64,000 nt of DNA from Deltaproteobacteria bacterium (GCA_029860075.1 JAOUBX010000011.1:11031-75030), one strand, 5' to 3'. Positions 12,512-22,551 are shown, numbered from the stretch's first letter. Notes: generated by a model from the letters alone, not told the origin. Translations and numbers: made by a program.

Positions 12512-13225
12512 TTATCGTCTATCACCTATAATTCTTAAAAGCATAAGGAAGAGATTTATAAAATCCAGATACAAGGTAAGCGCGCCGCGTATAGCCTCCT
12601 TCGTATCCTCTTCCGTTCCTTCATTACCAAGAATATTCATCTTGAGGATTTTCTGCGTATCATATGCAGTAAGACCCACAAAGACGAGAACTCCCAGGTA
12701 AGTAGTGGCCCAGTAAATGGCAGGGCTTTGCAGAAAAATATTGACTACCGACGCAATAATTATCCCTATAAGACCCATAAAAAAGAAACTGCCCCAGGAT
12801 GTGAGGTCTTTCTTCGTTGTAGCGCCATAGAGAGACATGGCGCCGAAAGTTCCTGCTGAAACAATAAAGGCAGTAGCAATAGAGGACTGCGTATACACCA
12901 TAAAGATGAATGATAAAGTAAGACCATTCAAAATTGAATAACCCCAGAAAACAGCGGCTGCTGTAGAGGCCTTCATCTTCATTACCCAGCCGGCAAGAGC
13001 ACCAACCATAAGAAGTTCAACAATGATAAGTCCGAAAAATACCATCCTGTTTGAAAAAATAAGGCTGTTAATCGCTGAAACATTGGCCGCTGCATAGGCC
13101 ACAACACCTGTAAGGAGCAAACCTCCCGCCATCCAGTTATAGACCCTTAAAAGAAATCTGGCCTGTTCCGACTGTACATCACTGACTGTTTTTGTATCCC
13201 TGTAACTAGTTTCTTGTACTTCCAC
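12512..13225 (-). CDS. BAX inhibitor-1/YccA family membrane protein
   Basis: Seven TM-like segments, AYDTQKI and ALTLYLDFINLFL signatures. Confidence 0.93.
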   Translation of the reverse strand: MEVQETSYRDTKTVSDVQSEQARFLLRVYNWMAGGLLLTGVVAYAAANVSAINSLIFSNRMVFFGLIIVELLMVGALAGWVMKMKASTAAAVFWGYSILNGLTLSFIFMVYTQSSIATAFIVSAGTFGAMSLYGATTKKDLTSWGSFFFMGLIGIIIASVVNIFLQSPAIYWATTYLGVLVFVGLTAYDTQKILKMNILGNEGTEEDTKEAIRGALTLYLDFINLFLMLLRIIGDRR

Positions 13226-13456
13226 TTTTAATTCCTCCGATAAAGGTTAATTATTTTTTTACGTTTACGACTTAATATCTCTTTACGAATTATAATAACG
13301 ATAAGATAAAAAGTAAAGATTAACCGGAAAAATATGTCTCTATAATATAAATTCGAATCTGCAAAAAGAGTGAGAAGAAGACGGGATAATTAATCCTGTC
13401 CCCTATATTTGGATTGACTAAATGGGGTAAATTTTATACAATTGCTTACTCTTTTA

Positions 13457-13533
13457 GCCCCCGTAGCTCAGGTGGATAGAGCGCCGGTTTCCTAAACCGT
13501 AGGTCACACGTTCGAGTCGTGTCGGGGGCACCA
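13457..13533 (+). tRNA. tRNA-Arg(CCT)
   Basis: GCCCCCG/CGGGGGC acceptor stem, anticodon loop ttCCTaa, GTTCGAG T-loop, encoded CCA. Confidence 0.96.
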
Positions 13534-13665
13534 TTTAACCTCCTTTAAACCCGGATTTCCCCCTAACAGCACCCATCTCTCTTTTCATCCATATCAACCT
13601 TTTCACAATCTATTAGAAGATGCATTAATTGTCTTTCATCAAAGATAACTGTTTTCTTCTGTGAG

Positions 13666-13742
13666 AAAAAAAGATCCCCTCCTGGGTTAAGAGGGGATTT
13701 AAAATAGGAGAAAGGATTCGTAAGAAGAATCACCTTCGTTTC
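13666..13742 (-). ncRNA. Candidate sigma54-dependent small RNA
   Basis: Lies between a -24/-12 element (13769-13754) and a terminator hairpin ATCCCCTC-loop-GAGGGGAT plus T7; no ORF beyond a 4-codon MKRR; CU-rich core. Confidence 0.45.
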
Positions 13743-13753
13743 ATTTTATAAAA

Positions 13754-13769
13754 ACAACTACCGTGCCAA
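13754..13769 (-). promoter_or_regulatory. Sigma54-type promoter
   Basis: TTGGCACGGTAGTTGT (GG-N10-GT; -12 position deviates from GC). Confidence 0.6.
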
Positions 13770-13892
13770 ATAACGTGCGAACTGAAATAAAGTTGTGAAA
13801 TAAACAACCAAGGCACTAAGTCATTGATTTATTAAATGTTTTTCTTTCTTACTGCAAAAAGTTTTAAAATCAAAGGAACACTATTCATTAAT

Positions 13893-13942
13893 GGTATTAA
13901 TATAACCAGCATAAATGACTGCCAGGCGGTTAATAAGCTACC
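13893..13942. promoter_or_regulatory. Pair of putative enhancer (UAS) palindromes
   Basis: GGTAT-taata-TAACC (13893-13907) and GGTTA-ataag-CTACC (13928-13942). Confidence 0.55.
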
Positions 13943-13990
13943 AATTAACGAAATAATATTTACCATAGGAACATTATTTAACAAGCTGTA

Positions 13991-14176
13991 TTAACGATTA
14001 TTTCTGATGGATCCGACAATAAAAAGAATGATGCCTGAAAATAGAAAAAGTGTTGAAGTTTCAATGAGATGAAGACCACCACGCCAGGAAAGTAATAAAT
14101 TCAAGCTTCCCAGGAAGGTAAGAACAGCGCCAAGGATGCGTGTTTTAACGCCTTTTTTTAATTCAACGTCTTCCAC
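13991..14176 (-). CDS. Small two-TM membrane protein
   Basis: 61 aa, two hydrophobic segments, overlaps the stop of the upstream radical SAM gene. Confidence 0.6.
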   Translation of the reverse strand: MEDVELKKGVKTRILGAVLTFLGSLNLLLSWRGGLHLIETSTLFLFSGIILFIVGSIRNNR

Positions 14177-15389
14177 CGACCTTGCTCCTCATGGCTTCCA
14201 TAATATCAGGAGTAATTACCTGGTAACCTTTGGTTCGCGCATAGCGTTCCAGCCCCTTTTTTACCATCTTGCGTAAAAATATGGGTACTTTTTCGAGACG
14301 TTCCTTTGCTTCCGGCGTCCAGCCAAGTTCTCCCTTATGAGGGAGTGCTATGCCACTTTCGGCCTTGTCCGGTTCATAATCACACCAGGGATCTTCACCC
14401 ATTACATCCCCTGTGGCAGAAAGGGCCCTGGCACGGCAGCCACCGCAAACATCATTGTAGCGGCAATCACCGCATTTTCCATTATATTGAGGGGCCCTCA
14501 TCTGCTTGAATATGGGCGACCTGTCCCAGATTTCCACTAGTGACTCTTTTTTAAGGTTACCACCGGATGTGGTCATATAGGGACATGGTGTCACATCCGC
14601 CTCAGGAGAGATCCTGAAATAACCACTACCGGCAATGCAGCCGCTGGTAGCGCCTTTCATAATGGATGAGTCCGGTGAATTCTGCTGCACTACCCTCAAA
14701 AAATGCGGTGCACAGCGCGCCCTCACCATAGTTTTACCGGCATATTCTTCTTCTGCTTTAGCGAGCCAGGTAAGCATCTTTTCATACTGCGGGGGCGTAA
14801 TGTCCGTCATTTCCTGCCCCCGACCTGTGCAAACAAGAAAAAAGACATTTGCAACTTTGGCCCCTTTTTGAGAGGCAAATTCGATCAATTCGGGGATTTC
14901 ATCATAATTGTTTCGGGTCACGGTAAATTGCAGCTGAAATTCAAGGTCATTTTTTTTCAATAAGTCGATAGCGTCAACCGTCTTTTGCCAACATCCGGGA
15001 CTTCCTCTAAAGTCGTCATGACTTACGGGATTAATAGAATCGAGGCTCAAGCCCACACCCTGAAGACCGGCCAGTTTCATACGAAGAATAACTGCCTCAT
15101 TGAGCAGAGTTCCATTGGTTCCAAGTACGACATTAAGACCCTTATCTGAAGCATACTGTACAATATCAATCAGATCAGGCCTGGCCAGAGGTTCTCCCCC
15201 TGTTAGAATCAGCATGGCGCCGGGACAAAGTTCAGCTATCTCATCGACTATACCAAGAGCCTCAGCGGTCGTTAAATCGCCCTCCCCTCCTTCCAGCTCG
15301 GCAGCATCGAGGTAGCAGTGCTCACATTTCAAATTACAACGCTTGGTCAGGTTCCATGAGATTAAAAAGGGGACTGCGCTTCTGGTCAT
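14163..15389 (-). CDS. Radical SAM/SPASM heme-biosynthesis protein (AhbD/NirJ-like) with C-terminal PCP_red-like domain
   Basis: SWNLTKRCNLKCEHCY, LVCTGRG, CAPH, SPASM C-x2-C-x5-CGGCRARA...DPWC, tail WTPEAKERLEKVPIFLRKMVKK. Confidence 0.85.
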   Translation of the reverse strand: MTRSAVPFLISWNLTKRCNLKCEHCYLDAAELEGGEGDLTTAEALGIVDEIAELCPGAMLILTGGEPLARPDLIDIVQYASDKGLNVVLGTNGTLLNEAVILRMKLAGLQGVGLSLDSINPVSHDDFRGSPGCWQKTVDAIDLLKKNDLEFQLQFTVTRNNYDEIPELIEFASQKGAKVANVFFLVCTGRGQEMTDITPPQYEKMLTWLAKAEEEYAGKTMVRARCAPHFLRVVQQNSPDSSIMKGATSGCIAGSGYFRISPEADVTPCPYMTTSGGNLKKESLVEIWDRSPIFKQMRAPQYNGKCGDCRYNDVCGGCRARALSATGDVMGEDPWCDYEPDKAESGIALPHKGELGWTPEAKERLEKVPIFLRKMVKKGLERYARTKGYQVITPDIMEAMRSKVGGRR

Positions 15390-16834
15390 GATAATGTCCT
15401 TTCCGTTGCATGTAGTACAGGGCTTTCCCTTTGACTTTTTTTAAACTTCACATGCTCTGCATCAAATTGACGCCCAATAGTTTCAGCAACCGTCTTTCCC
15501 TGTGAAATACAGGCCCTTACAGAAACACCCTGCAAATAATTACCCGTTACATGGAGTCCGGGAATAAGAGCCAGTTCTTCATCCAGTTTTTTCAGAAACA
15601 TTTGATGCCCCAGGTTATATTGAGGGAGCGCCTTTTTATGGCGAACAACACGAGTCAAAGAGGGGAAACCTTTTACTCCCACAAGCTGGCGTAAATCTTT
15701 AAGGCATCGATCGATGAGTTCCTCATCAGGAAGATCCACCAAATCCTTATTTCTCATCCCCCCCAAATAGGAGGTAAAGAGCACCTCATCACCCTTCGTC
15801 CGTCCCGGAAAAAGGGTTGAAGACCAGAGAGAGCCAAGGCTGGAAAATCCTTTTTCCCTTGCAGGAATCAAACAACCAATACCATCCAGTTTATGTTCTA
15901 CATCTTCTCTTTTGAAAGTGATATAGATTATATTCATTGAGGAATACTCGATACCTTTTAGCATCATGGACAGGTTGACCGATAGTTGATCAACAAGCCC
16001 GGCAGCAATACCGGCAGGAGTGGCCATAACGACGGCATCCCCCTTTATAATTGAGTTCCCGGCAGAACCGGTATGAACATACCATTCTTTACCGACACGC
16101 TCGATTTTTTCAATGGGACAATCGGTAACCAGCTTATCGCCAAGATAATTGCCAAGACCTTTAATGAGACTTTCCATACCGTCTTTAAAGGAAAAGACTT
16201 CAGCGGCACAGGCCGTCCTGATTCCTTTCATCTTCCTTGCAACAACTCCCTTAAGAATACTTCCGTGATCTTGTTCGAGGGCCGCAAATTGTTTAAAAGT
16301 GCTTTTCAGGCAAGCTTTTTCAGCATCACCGGCAAGCGTTCCTGTTACATAGGGTTCAATGGAACGATCAAAAACCTCACGCCCCAGCCGACGGGTAATA
16401 AACTGGGCCACCGTCTCTTCCTGCTCAGGTGCACTTTTAGGAATTAGAGGCTCCACCATGAGCCGCAGCTTTGCCTTTAAACTCCAGAGGTCACTAAAGA
16501 TAAGTTCCCCTATCTTCATGGGAACAACTTTGGGCTTACCATTTTTAACGAGATATCGTCGCTTTGCCGCTTCCTGCCGGGCAATTTTTTCAGGGCCTAA
16601 ACCGAGGGTATTAACCATAAAGTTAACTTCAGGGAGGAAATTAAAAACACAATTGGCCGCATGATCAATTAGAGCGCCACCAACTCTTTCACTCTTGATG
16701 AGCCCCCCGGCTCTGGCATTTCTTTCAAGGACAACAGCATGAAAGCCCTTTTGCTTCAGCCAGAAGGCAGCCGAAAGGCCTGAAATACCTCCACCGATGA
16801 TGATCACTCTTTTTTTGTTAAGATCAACTGCCAT
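15386..16834 (-). CDS. HemY-type (copro/proto)porphyrinogen oxidase, FAD-dependent
   Basis: IIGGGISGLSAA, ERNARAGG, ETVAQFITRRLG, ALPQYNLGH, GNYLQGVSVRACI. Confidence 0.9.
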   Translation of the reverse strand: MAVDLNKKRVIIIGGGISGLSAAFWLKQKGFHAVVLERNARAGGLIKSERVGGALIDHAANCVFNFLPEVNFMVNTLGLGPEKIARQEAAKRRYLVKNGKPKVVPMKIGELIFSDLWSLKAKLRLMVEPLIPKSAPEQEETVAQFITRRLGREVFDRSIEPYVTGTLAGDAEKACLKSTFKQFAALEQDHGSILKGVVARKMKGIRTACAAEVFSFKDGMESLIKGLGNYLGDKLVTDCPIEKIERVGKEWYVHTGSAGNSIIKGDAVVMATPAGIAAGLVDQLSVNLSMMLKGIEYSSMNIIYITFKREDVEHKLDGIGCLIPAREKGFSSLGSLWSSTLFPGRTKGDEVLFTSYLGGMRNKDLVDLPDEELIDRCLKDLRQLVGVKGFPSLTRVVRHKKALPQYNLGHQMFLKKLDEELALIPGLHVTGNYLQGVSVRACISQGKTVAETIGRQFDAEHVKFKKSQRESPVLHATERTLS

Positions 16835-16846
16835 AGTTTTTTTGAT

Positions 16847-16957
16847 AGTGCCTCATTTGAAGTGCCTAAAGTGAACTAAAGTGAACTAAAGTGCCTGAAA
16901 TGTAATTTCTACTTCTTAAATTTAGGCACTTTAAACTTTAGGCATTTTAGGCACTTT
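16847..16957. repeat. Short tandem repeats in inverted arrangement
   Basis: AAGTGCCTA/AAGTGAACTA units followed by TTTAGGCAC units on the opposite strand. Confidence 0.65.
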
Positions 16958-18479
16958 TACCGTTCTTCCTCCTGGCAGTGGTAAACCACCAGAACTCGCC
17001 CCCTATAATGACAGCGATCACCAAAAGGGGAATGTAGTAAACATCGGCCCCGGCCGCTGGTTTTAGGAAGAGCCAATACCAGGTTGACATGGTATGTTTG
17101 GAGCCTTTCTCGCTATTGCTGCCATCCCAGGCGGCAAAGGCAATGGGAACAAATCTGCCTGTAGGAATCTGAAGATCAGTCGAACCATCAGCCGTCGTTA
17201 AGGGTCTTTTCATAACAACACGCCATGCCCCCTTTTCATAGTGCGACTTAGCCTCAAGTCCGACTGTTGCGGCATCTCTTTTTTCTATGGCCCCAAAACC
17301 TTTACTATTAAGGAGTTGGATCATCTCGGGCTTTTCCGTAGTGCCACTCTTCCAGTGCCATACATTGACGGGGTTAGAAGCATCGCCCATCCCGAAATAG
17401 GGTTTTTCCATATCACTGGGATCATCGGATATGGCCAGGGGGAGCTGAACCGCCACTCCGTCCTCAAAGAGGTTTTCATCGGCAATATTGGCCGCTACAC
17501 TATCACCGGGAATACTTTTGGTCCTGTCATCCCACTCAAGAAGCATGGAAATTTCCTTATCATTGTAGAATGCCCGGAGTGTAATCGTGTCATTGGATGG
17601 TGTAAAGAAACGATCCTTGGCAATAATTTGAGGAAGCAGATAGAAGGTTGTCGGCTCACTGCTTGCCCATTTTTCATCTGTCGGTGAATGGGGAAGATCC
17701 CCTTCGAGTTTTTCCGCCTTAACTACTGTATTTTCACCTTTAACGACCTTCTCTGTCTTGGCAAGAGAAGCGGCATAATTGGCCACATGCCACCGCTCTT
17801 CGATAGAAAGCTTCTTTTTACTTGCCGGGTCGGCAAAAGAAGGCATCTGCGTGCCATGAATACCCACTGAAATACGGGAATAAATATCCCTGGGGTCATT
17901 GCTGCCCCTGAAAGTCCATGGCTTTGTCAGGTTTCTGGGCCAGGTCCTGAAACCGAGATCATCTTTCAGTTTCTTAATGGCGTTCCCCTTCCCTTCTTCA
18001 CCATGGCATTCGGAGCAGCGGTCAATAAAGAGTTCTTTTCCTTTTTTTATACTATCTTCAGATGATTGAATCTGCTTGCCATAATCAACCTGGTCCGTCG
18101 GTTTTTCCTCTTCATAACCGGCAAAGGTTTTGATATAGGCCACAAGATCCCACATGTCCTGTTCAGAGATAATATCGTCCCAGCCGGGCATTGCCGTTCC
18201 CGGCATACCCTCGGCAATCATTCTATAAATATCTTCATCATTGGGTACGGGATCATCAAAGCCGGTTGTTTTGATCTTGTACATGCCCGAACTAAAGTCC
18301 CTGGGCGGAGGATTGAGCCGTTCAGCGGCAGGACCATCTCCCTCTCCCTCTTCACCATGACACCAGACACAGCGTTTGTTATAGACCTTTGTCCCATTCT
18401 CTACATTGCCCGGTTTGGCTATGGCGTTACAGACCAACAAAGCTGAAATAATTAACGCAATAAGAACATGCTTTTTCAT
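16947..18479 (-). CDS. Diheme cytochrome c fused to EbdC/NxrC-like heme-b domain, C-terminal TM anchor (module 2)
   Basis: Signal peptide, CVWCH, CSECH, DGVAVQ/VNVWHWK/AFAAWDGSNSEKGSK motifs of the DMSO-reductase gamma-subunit domain. Confidence 0.85.
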   Translation of the reverse strand: MKKHVLIALIISALLVCNAIAKPGNVENGTKVYNKRCVWCHGEEGEGDGPAAERLNPPPRDFSSGMYKIKTTGFDDPVPNDEDIYRMIAEGMPGTAMPGWDDIISEQDMWDLVAYIKTFAGYEEEKPTDQVDYGKQIQSSEDSIKKGKELFIDRCSECHGEEGKGNAIKKLKDDLGFRTWPRNLTKPWTFRGSNDPRDIYSRISVGIHGTQMPSFADPASKKKLSIEERWHVANYAASLAKTEKVVKGENTVVKAEKLEGDLPHSPTDEKWASSEPTTFYLLPQIIAKDRFFTPSNDTITLRAFYNDKEISMLLEWDDRTKSIPGDSVAANIADENLFEDGVAVQLPLAISDDPSDMEKPYFGMGDASNPVNVWHWKSGTTEKPEMIQLLNSKGFGAIEKRDAATVGLEAKSHYEKGAWRVVMKRPLTTADGSTDLQIPTGRFVPIAFAAWDGSNSEKGSKHTMSTWYWLFLKPAAGADVYYIPLLVIAVIIGGEFWWFTTARRKNGKSA

Positions 18480-18534
18480 AGTTACCGTCCTAAATCATTA
18501 TTGAAGAAAAATTGAAACTACTCATTTAATCCTT

Positions 18535-18630
18535 ACTTCCCCTCTTTAGCAAAGGGGGGCGATGGGGAGATTTGAATAGCTATACCTTACTTAAATCCCC
18601 CTTAATTCCCCTTTACCAAAGGGGGAGAGT
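18535..18630. repeat. CCCC-TTT-AA-GGGG type REP doublet; related copy at 40410-40488
   Basis: CCCTCTTTAGCAAAGGGGGG and CCCCTTTACCAAAGGGGG hairpins in inverted arrangement. Confidence 0.65.
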
Positions 18631-18685
18631 CCACATATCTTTCTCAGACTAATCCCATTACAATCTGCGCTTAGTTAATCATTAT

Positions 18686-19456
18686 TTAATGACCCTCTCC
18701 CCATGACCTCGGCGCCTGGCCTGTATAATCATAGAGAAAAAGAATAACCTTCCAAATTTCGTCTTCTGTCAGAAAATCCTCCCAGATGGGCATGGACGAT
18801 ATCCAGGGGGCAGCCTCTTTAGGCAGCCCCGGACCTCCCGTTGCTATTCTCCAAAAAAGAAAAGATTCCTGTAACTGGGCAATGGTCCCTACATCCTGAA
18901 AGTTGATGGGAAGTGGATTGAGTCTCTCCGCATAAGGTCCCCTGCCATCTAGCTTATCTCCATGACAATACTGACAGTTCTGGATATAAACATCTCCACC
19001 TTCCTTGACAAACTCTTTAAACTTTTCGGGATCTTCTTTTTCAAACTTCCTGTAGGGATTTTCAAGGGTCGACAGATCAAAACGCTTTCCAAAGGCTTTT
19101 AAAGTCGATGGTGGCGCAGGATGAATCGTTCTTAGTTCGACGGGGGCTTCAAAACTTGGAAGCATTTTTTGAAAGGTATAGCCTCCTATCAATAAAGGAA
19201 TAAGAGCAAAGACAATATTTCGAACCATCTTTTGTGAAGGGTCCTCAACGAGCGCCTTGATCGGTGCGGCAAGCTCCCTGGTACTCTCTTCCGTCGCCGT
19301 ATAGACCATTAGAACGCCTACGATAACGAAGAACATATACATGGTAAGCAGGCTTGATGGTATGAGCTGGCCAAGAATGACACCAAATATAATCTTGAAT
19401 GCGGCGTATATTCCTACAACAACTAAGACGGCCTGTAATAACTTGGGTATTTTCAT
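18686..19456 (-). CDS. Membrane-anchored monoheme cytochrome c (module 2)
   Basis: Three N-terminal TM segments, CQYCH, FWRIATGGPGLP...SSMP. Confidence 0.88.
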   Translation of the reverse strand: MKIPKLLQAVLVVVGIYAAFKIIFGVILGQLIPSSLLTMYMFFVIVGVLMVYTATEESTRELAAPIKALVEDPSQKMVRNIVFALIPLLIGGYTFQKMLPSFEAPVELRTIHPAPPSTLKAFGKRFDLSTLENPYRKFEKEDPEKFKEFVKEGGDVYIQNCQYCHGDKLDGRGPYAERLNPLPINFQDVGTIAQLQESFLFWRIATGGPGLPKEAAPWISSMPIWEDFLTEDEIWKVILFLYDYTGQAPRSWGEGH

Positions 19457-19470
19457 TTCTTAAGCTCTCC

Positions 19471-20280
19471 TTATTTCTGACTTGCCATATACTTAACGAG
19501 AATCTCCAACTCACTTGCAGCCATCTGCTCACCGAGGTCCGGCGGCATCATATCAGGCTCAAAGCCCTTTGCTATGTCGGCATTGGGATCAAGTATGGCC
19601 CTTCTCAGATAATTACTATCAACACTGGCACCTATTTTAGTCAGGTCCGGAGCGATGTCCCCAAGGTGACCTGCAATTTTATGGCACATGCCGCAGCCAA
19701 ATTTTTCAACAATCTCTTCCGGTGTTTTTAAGGCAACACGTACAGTCTCTTCCTCCCCTTCTTCCTCTGCAGGTGCATCAGTGGGGATCTCTACCGTTAC
19801 ATCGACACCGGCCGAATCCTGTAAGTAGGCAATAACGGCTTTTACCTCAGCATCTGAAAGTCCGATGCTCCCTGATGAAACATCGGGCATGGGACTAACC
19901 GTATCATTCGTCCCGGCCTTACCGAATCCGGCTACCACAAAGGCGGAGGGTTTAATGAGAGATTCCATAACATAGGCTTCCGAACTCTTTGCCTCCCCTT
20001 TGTAGCGGGCATCCTTCATCCGCTCTTCAGCAATGGCGGCAACCTTATTTATCATTGGCGCCCGCCCCAGTTCATTATGACAAAGCGTACAGGTTCCCTT
20101 TCCTTTATATATCTTTTCACCAAGTGCAATGAAGGTGTCCATCGTCATGGCACCCAGATCGAGTTTTTCCTCCACCGGCGGCGGAGCAGGCTTGACGTTG
20201 GGAATTCCATAGTTGGCATAGAGCGAAAAAGCTTCTATAGCCAAGACACTGAAGATCACTACCTTTAAAAAAGTCTTCAT
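19471..20280 (-). CDS. Membrane-anchored diheme cytochrome c (module 2)
   Basis: N-terminal TM, GKGTCTLCH, CGMCH. Confidence 0.88.
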   Translation of the reverse strand: MKTFLKVVIFSVLAIEAFSLYANYGIPNVKPAPPPVEEKLDLGAMTMDTFIALGEKIYKGKGTCTLCHNELGRAPMINKVAAIAEERMKDARYKGEAKSSEAYVMESLIKPSAFVVAGFGKAGTNDTVSPMPDVSSGSIGLSDAEVKAVIAYLQDSAGVDVTVEIPTDAPAEEEGEEETVRVALKTPEEIVEKFGCGMCHKIAGHLGDIAPDLTKIGASVDSNYLRRAILDPNADIAKGFEPDMMPPDLGEQMAASELEILVKYMASQK

Positions 20281-20304
20281 CTAAATACTCCTTACTTGAA
20301 CGGC

Positions 20305-22161
20305 TCAGGTCGTGGCCGTTTTCTTCGTGCTTATCTGGGCAAGCCAGAAGATAAATATAACGAGGGCCATAAAGATGAGCGCCCCCGTCGAAACCACGTT
20401 AGCCGCATAACCGAGGGTCGGCGTAAATGCATCGGGAGAGGCATCTCTCATAATGTCCTTCACATGCCAATGCTGCCTGATTCCGGAGCGAATGTATCCC
20501 ATAAGGCCCATAAGCCAGGTAAAGGAAACGGCCAAAAGAAAAAGGGCATACTGCGACCGGTCCGGCACCTTTCCCCAGTTAAGAGGCGCCACTTCCTTTG
20601 CCCCCTTATACATAAAGGTGTCGATAACAGTGCATAAGACAATGATCACCAGCGTCGTACAGACCTGTGGAATGGAGGCTGCCACTTTGTAAACGGTATT
20701 GGTAAAGTAACCGTAATAAACACCAAGGATGAGAATATTGATGATACCCGCTGTAAAGATGGCCGACTGAGCGGCATTACCCGCCTTTTCCCAGCTTACA
20801 ACAGCCACTTTATTGCACCGCCGGTAAAGCATGAAGCTTAAGAAGGTAAAGGAGATCATAATATTTACAGCTGTATTCTTGGCAGGCATAATACCGAGAG
20901 GCCCGAGGTATTTATTGTAGGGACCACCCAGCGATTTAAGTTCTGCATTTGTCAGGATAAGTGTATGAGGTGTAAACCAGACCAAAAATGCACCGATGAC
21001 TGCAATGGCAATATACTTGATATACCTGGTATATCTGACAGCGCCTTCACTTCTCCCCATACAGCACCAGAGATAATAGTTTGCAGAGAGAAAAAGAGCC
21101 CCAATGAGGACGGCCTGAATAATAAAGAGCCAGGCAAAAACACCTCCCATGAGAGTAATTCCCATCTGTTGGCTATAGGCATAAATCTCGGCTGTCAGAT
21201 AATAGCCTGCAAAGGGCAATGGAAGCAGTGCCGATATGGCGATGAAGTTGGCATTATAGCCCATCCAGTCATAATGTGCTCTTTCCTCGGCCTTTGTTGC
21301 ACAGAGGAATTTATAGGCCGCATAGGCGCCGACAATGGAACCGCCATAGGCAACGTTGGCAATCACCCTGTGCAGGTTGATGGGATTCCATAAAAAATTA
21401 TGAATCACATCCCATTCGGAACCGAGGAATGCCCCCTTAATATCGACACCTGCCGGACTCATCATAAAGGTGACCCAGGCATTGGCCAGGAGCATCAAAG
21501 TGGTACCGACGGCATTAAGCATAAGCCCTATGGTGAGATGAACCCATTTTCTAAAACCTCCCTGCAGCCACTGCCAGCCATAATAATAGATGTAAAGGCA
21601 GGCGGATTCGGCAAAGAAGAGGAAAGCATAGGCCAGCATGGTCTTGCTAAATATGGATGAAAGATATTTAAAGAAATCAGGATAAAAAACGAGAAGTCCG
21701 AAAGCAGTAAGCCCGCCCAGGATAGCTGTTATGGAATAAGCCGTGAGACTAACCTTAATGAACTCATAGGCCATATCATCAAATTTTTTGTCCTTTGTCG
21801 CCATGCCGATAGATTCAATGATGAAGACAAAGATGGGAACGGCAAGAACAAAGGCGGCAAACCATAAGTGAAGCTGGGCGGCAAGCCAGACAAAGACCCT
21901 GCCGTTAATTCCGGGAATTTGCGGATAATCATCCGCTGTCAGTACCGGCGCCGGGGGATAAACTTTCGCAGCAACCGCTTCTTCACCGGCAGCGGGTTCG
22001 GCAGGAGGAGCCGCCTCTTCCTGCGAACTTGCAAGAGCCTCTGCAATACCGGAAAGTGATCTGTCAAAAGCGCCTAAATCGACTATCTGCACCAGGGCAG
22101 ATGCAATGAGAAGAAATAACAGTAACGCTCTCCACTTCTTAATAAAAGAAAGCAAGCTCAT
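20305..22161 (-). CDS. Cytochrome bd subunit I-like (CydA-like) membrane protein (module 2)
   Basis: QLHLWF (H19 equivalent), ANAWVTFMMSP, NLHR (H186 equivalent), GYIRSGIRQHW in place of GRQPW; no cydB nearby. Confidence 0.85.
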   Translation of the reverse strand: MSLLSFIKKWRALLLFLLIASALVQIVDLGAFDRSLSGIAEALASSQEEAAPPAEPAAGEEAVAAKVYPPAPVLTADDYPQIPGINGRVFVWLAAQLHLWFAAFVLAVPIFVFIIESIGMATKDKKFDDMAYEFIKVSLTAYSITAILGGLTAFGLLVFYPDFFKYLSSIFSKTMLAYAFLFFAESACLYIYYYGWQWLQGGFRKWVHLTIGLMLNAVGTTLMLLANAWVTFMMSPAGVDIKGAFLGSEWDVIHNFLWNPINLHRVIANVAYGGSIVGAYAAYKFLCATKAEERAHYDWMGYNANFIAISALLPLPFAGYYLTAEIYAYSQQMGITLMGGVFAWLFIIQAVLIGALFLSANYYLWCCMGRSEGAVRYTRYIKYIAIAVIGAFLVWFTPHTLILTNAELKSLGGPYNKYLGPLGIMPAKNTAVNIMISFTFLSFMLYRRCNKVAVVSWEKAGNAAQSAIFTAGIINILILGVYYGYFTNTVYKVAASIPQVCTTLVIIVLCTVIDTFMYKGAKEVAPLNWGKVPDRSQYALFLLAVSFTWLMGLMGYIRSGIRQHWHVKDIMRDASPDAFTPTLGYAANVVSTGALIFMALVIFIFWLAQISTKKTATT

Positions 22162-22182
22162 TTTAACTCCTTAGTGTATTAT

Positions 22183-22299
22183 TTAGTGATGAAAAAAGAG
22201 AGAGAGCCCCTGCGCTTTCATCAAACCAAAATCAAGGGCAAAGTAAATAACTGCTGATACGGCCAGAGAAACGATAAATGGGCCCATAAATGACTTCAT
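22183..22299 (-). CDS. Small membrane protein, 38 aa (not in ORF track)
   Basis: SD AGGAGG; MKSFMGPFIVSLAVSAVIYFALDFGLMKAQGLSLFFHH*. Confidence 0.75.
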   Translation of the reverse strand: MKSFMGPFIVSLAVSAVIYFALDFGLMKAQGLSLFFHH

Positions 22300-22319
22300 A
22301 ATGCCTCCTCAATATATAA

Positions 22320-22409
22320 TCATAAAAACCAGATAAAAAATGCTGTAATGGCAATAAGCACGACAATAAACAGAGCCGGCCCTGCCAATCCTGCTTTTTC
22401 TGAACTCAT
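22320..22409 (-). CDS. Small single-TM protein, 29 aa (not in ORF track)
   Basis: SD GAGGT; MSSEKAGLAGPALFIVVLIAITAFFIWFL*. Confidence 0.7.
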   Translation of the reverse strand: MSSEKAGLAGPALFIVVLIAITAFFIWFL

Positions 22410-22435
22410 AAAGAACCTCGTATCATTATGTTTTT

Positions 22436-22551
22436 ACCGCAGAGGACGCAGAGGATGCTGAGATTTAAATTCAATTGATGAAACGATCACATTATCAGGG
22501 GAATTACCATTCCTTTGCTGCCATCTCTGTGATCCCCACGTACTCTGCGGC
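22436..22551. repeat. CCGCAGAG-type REP-like inverted repeat in the 5' leader
   Basis: CCGCAGAGGACGCAGAG ... CTCTGTG...CTCTGCGG. Confidence 0.6.

Noticed and set aside
16847-16957. CRISPR array
   Set aside because: Units are ~9-10 bp with no unique spacers, and there are no cas genes.
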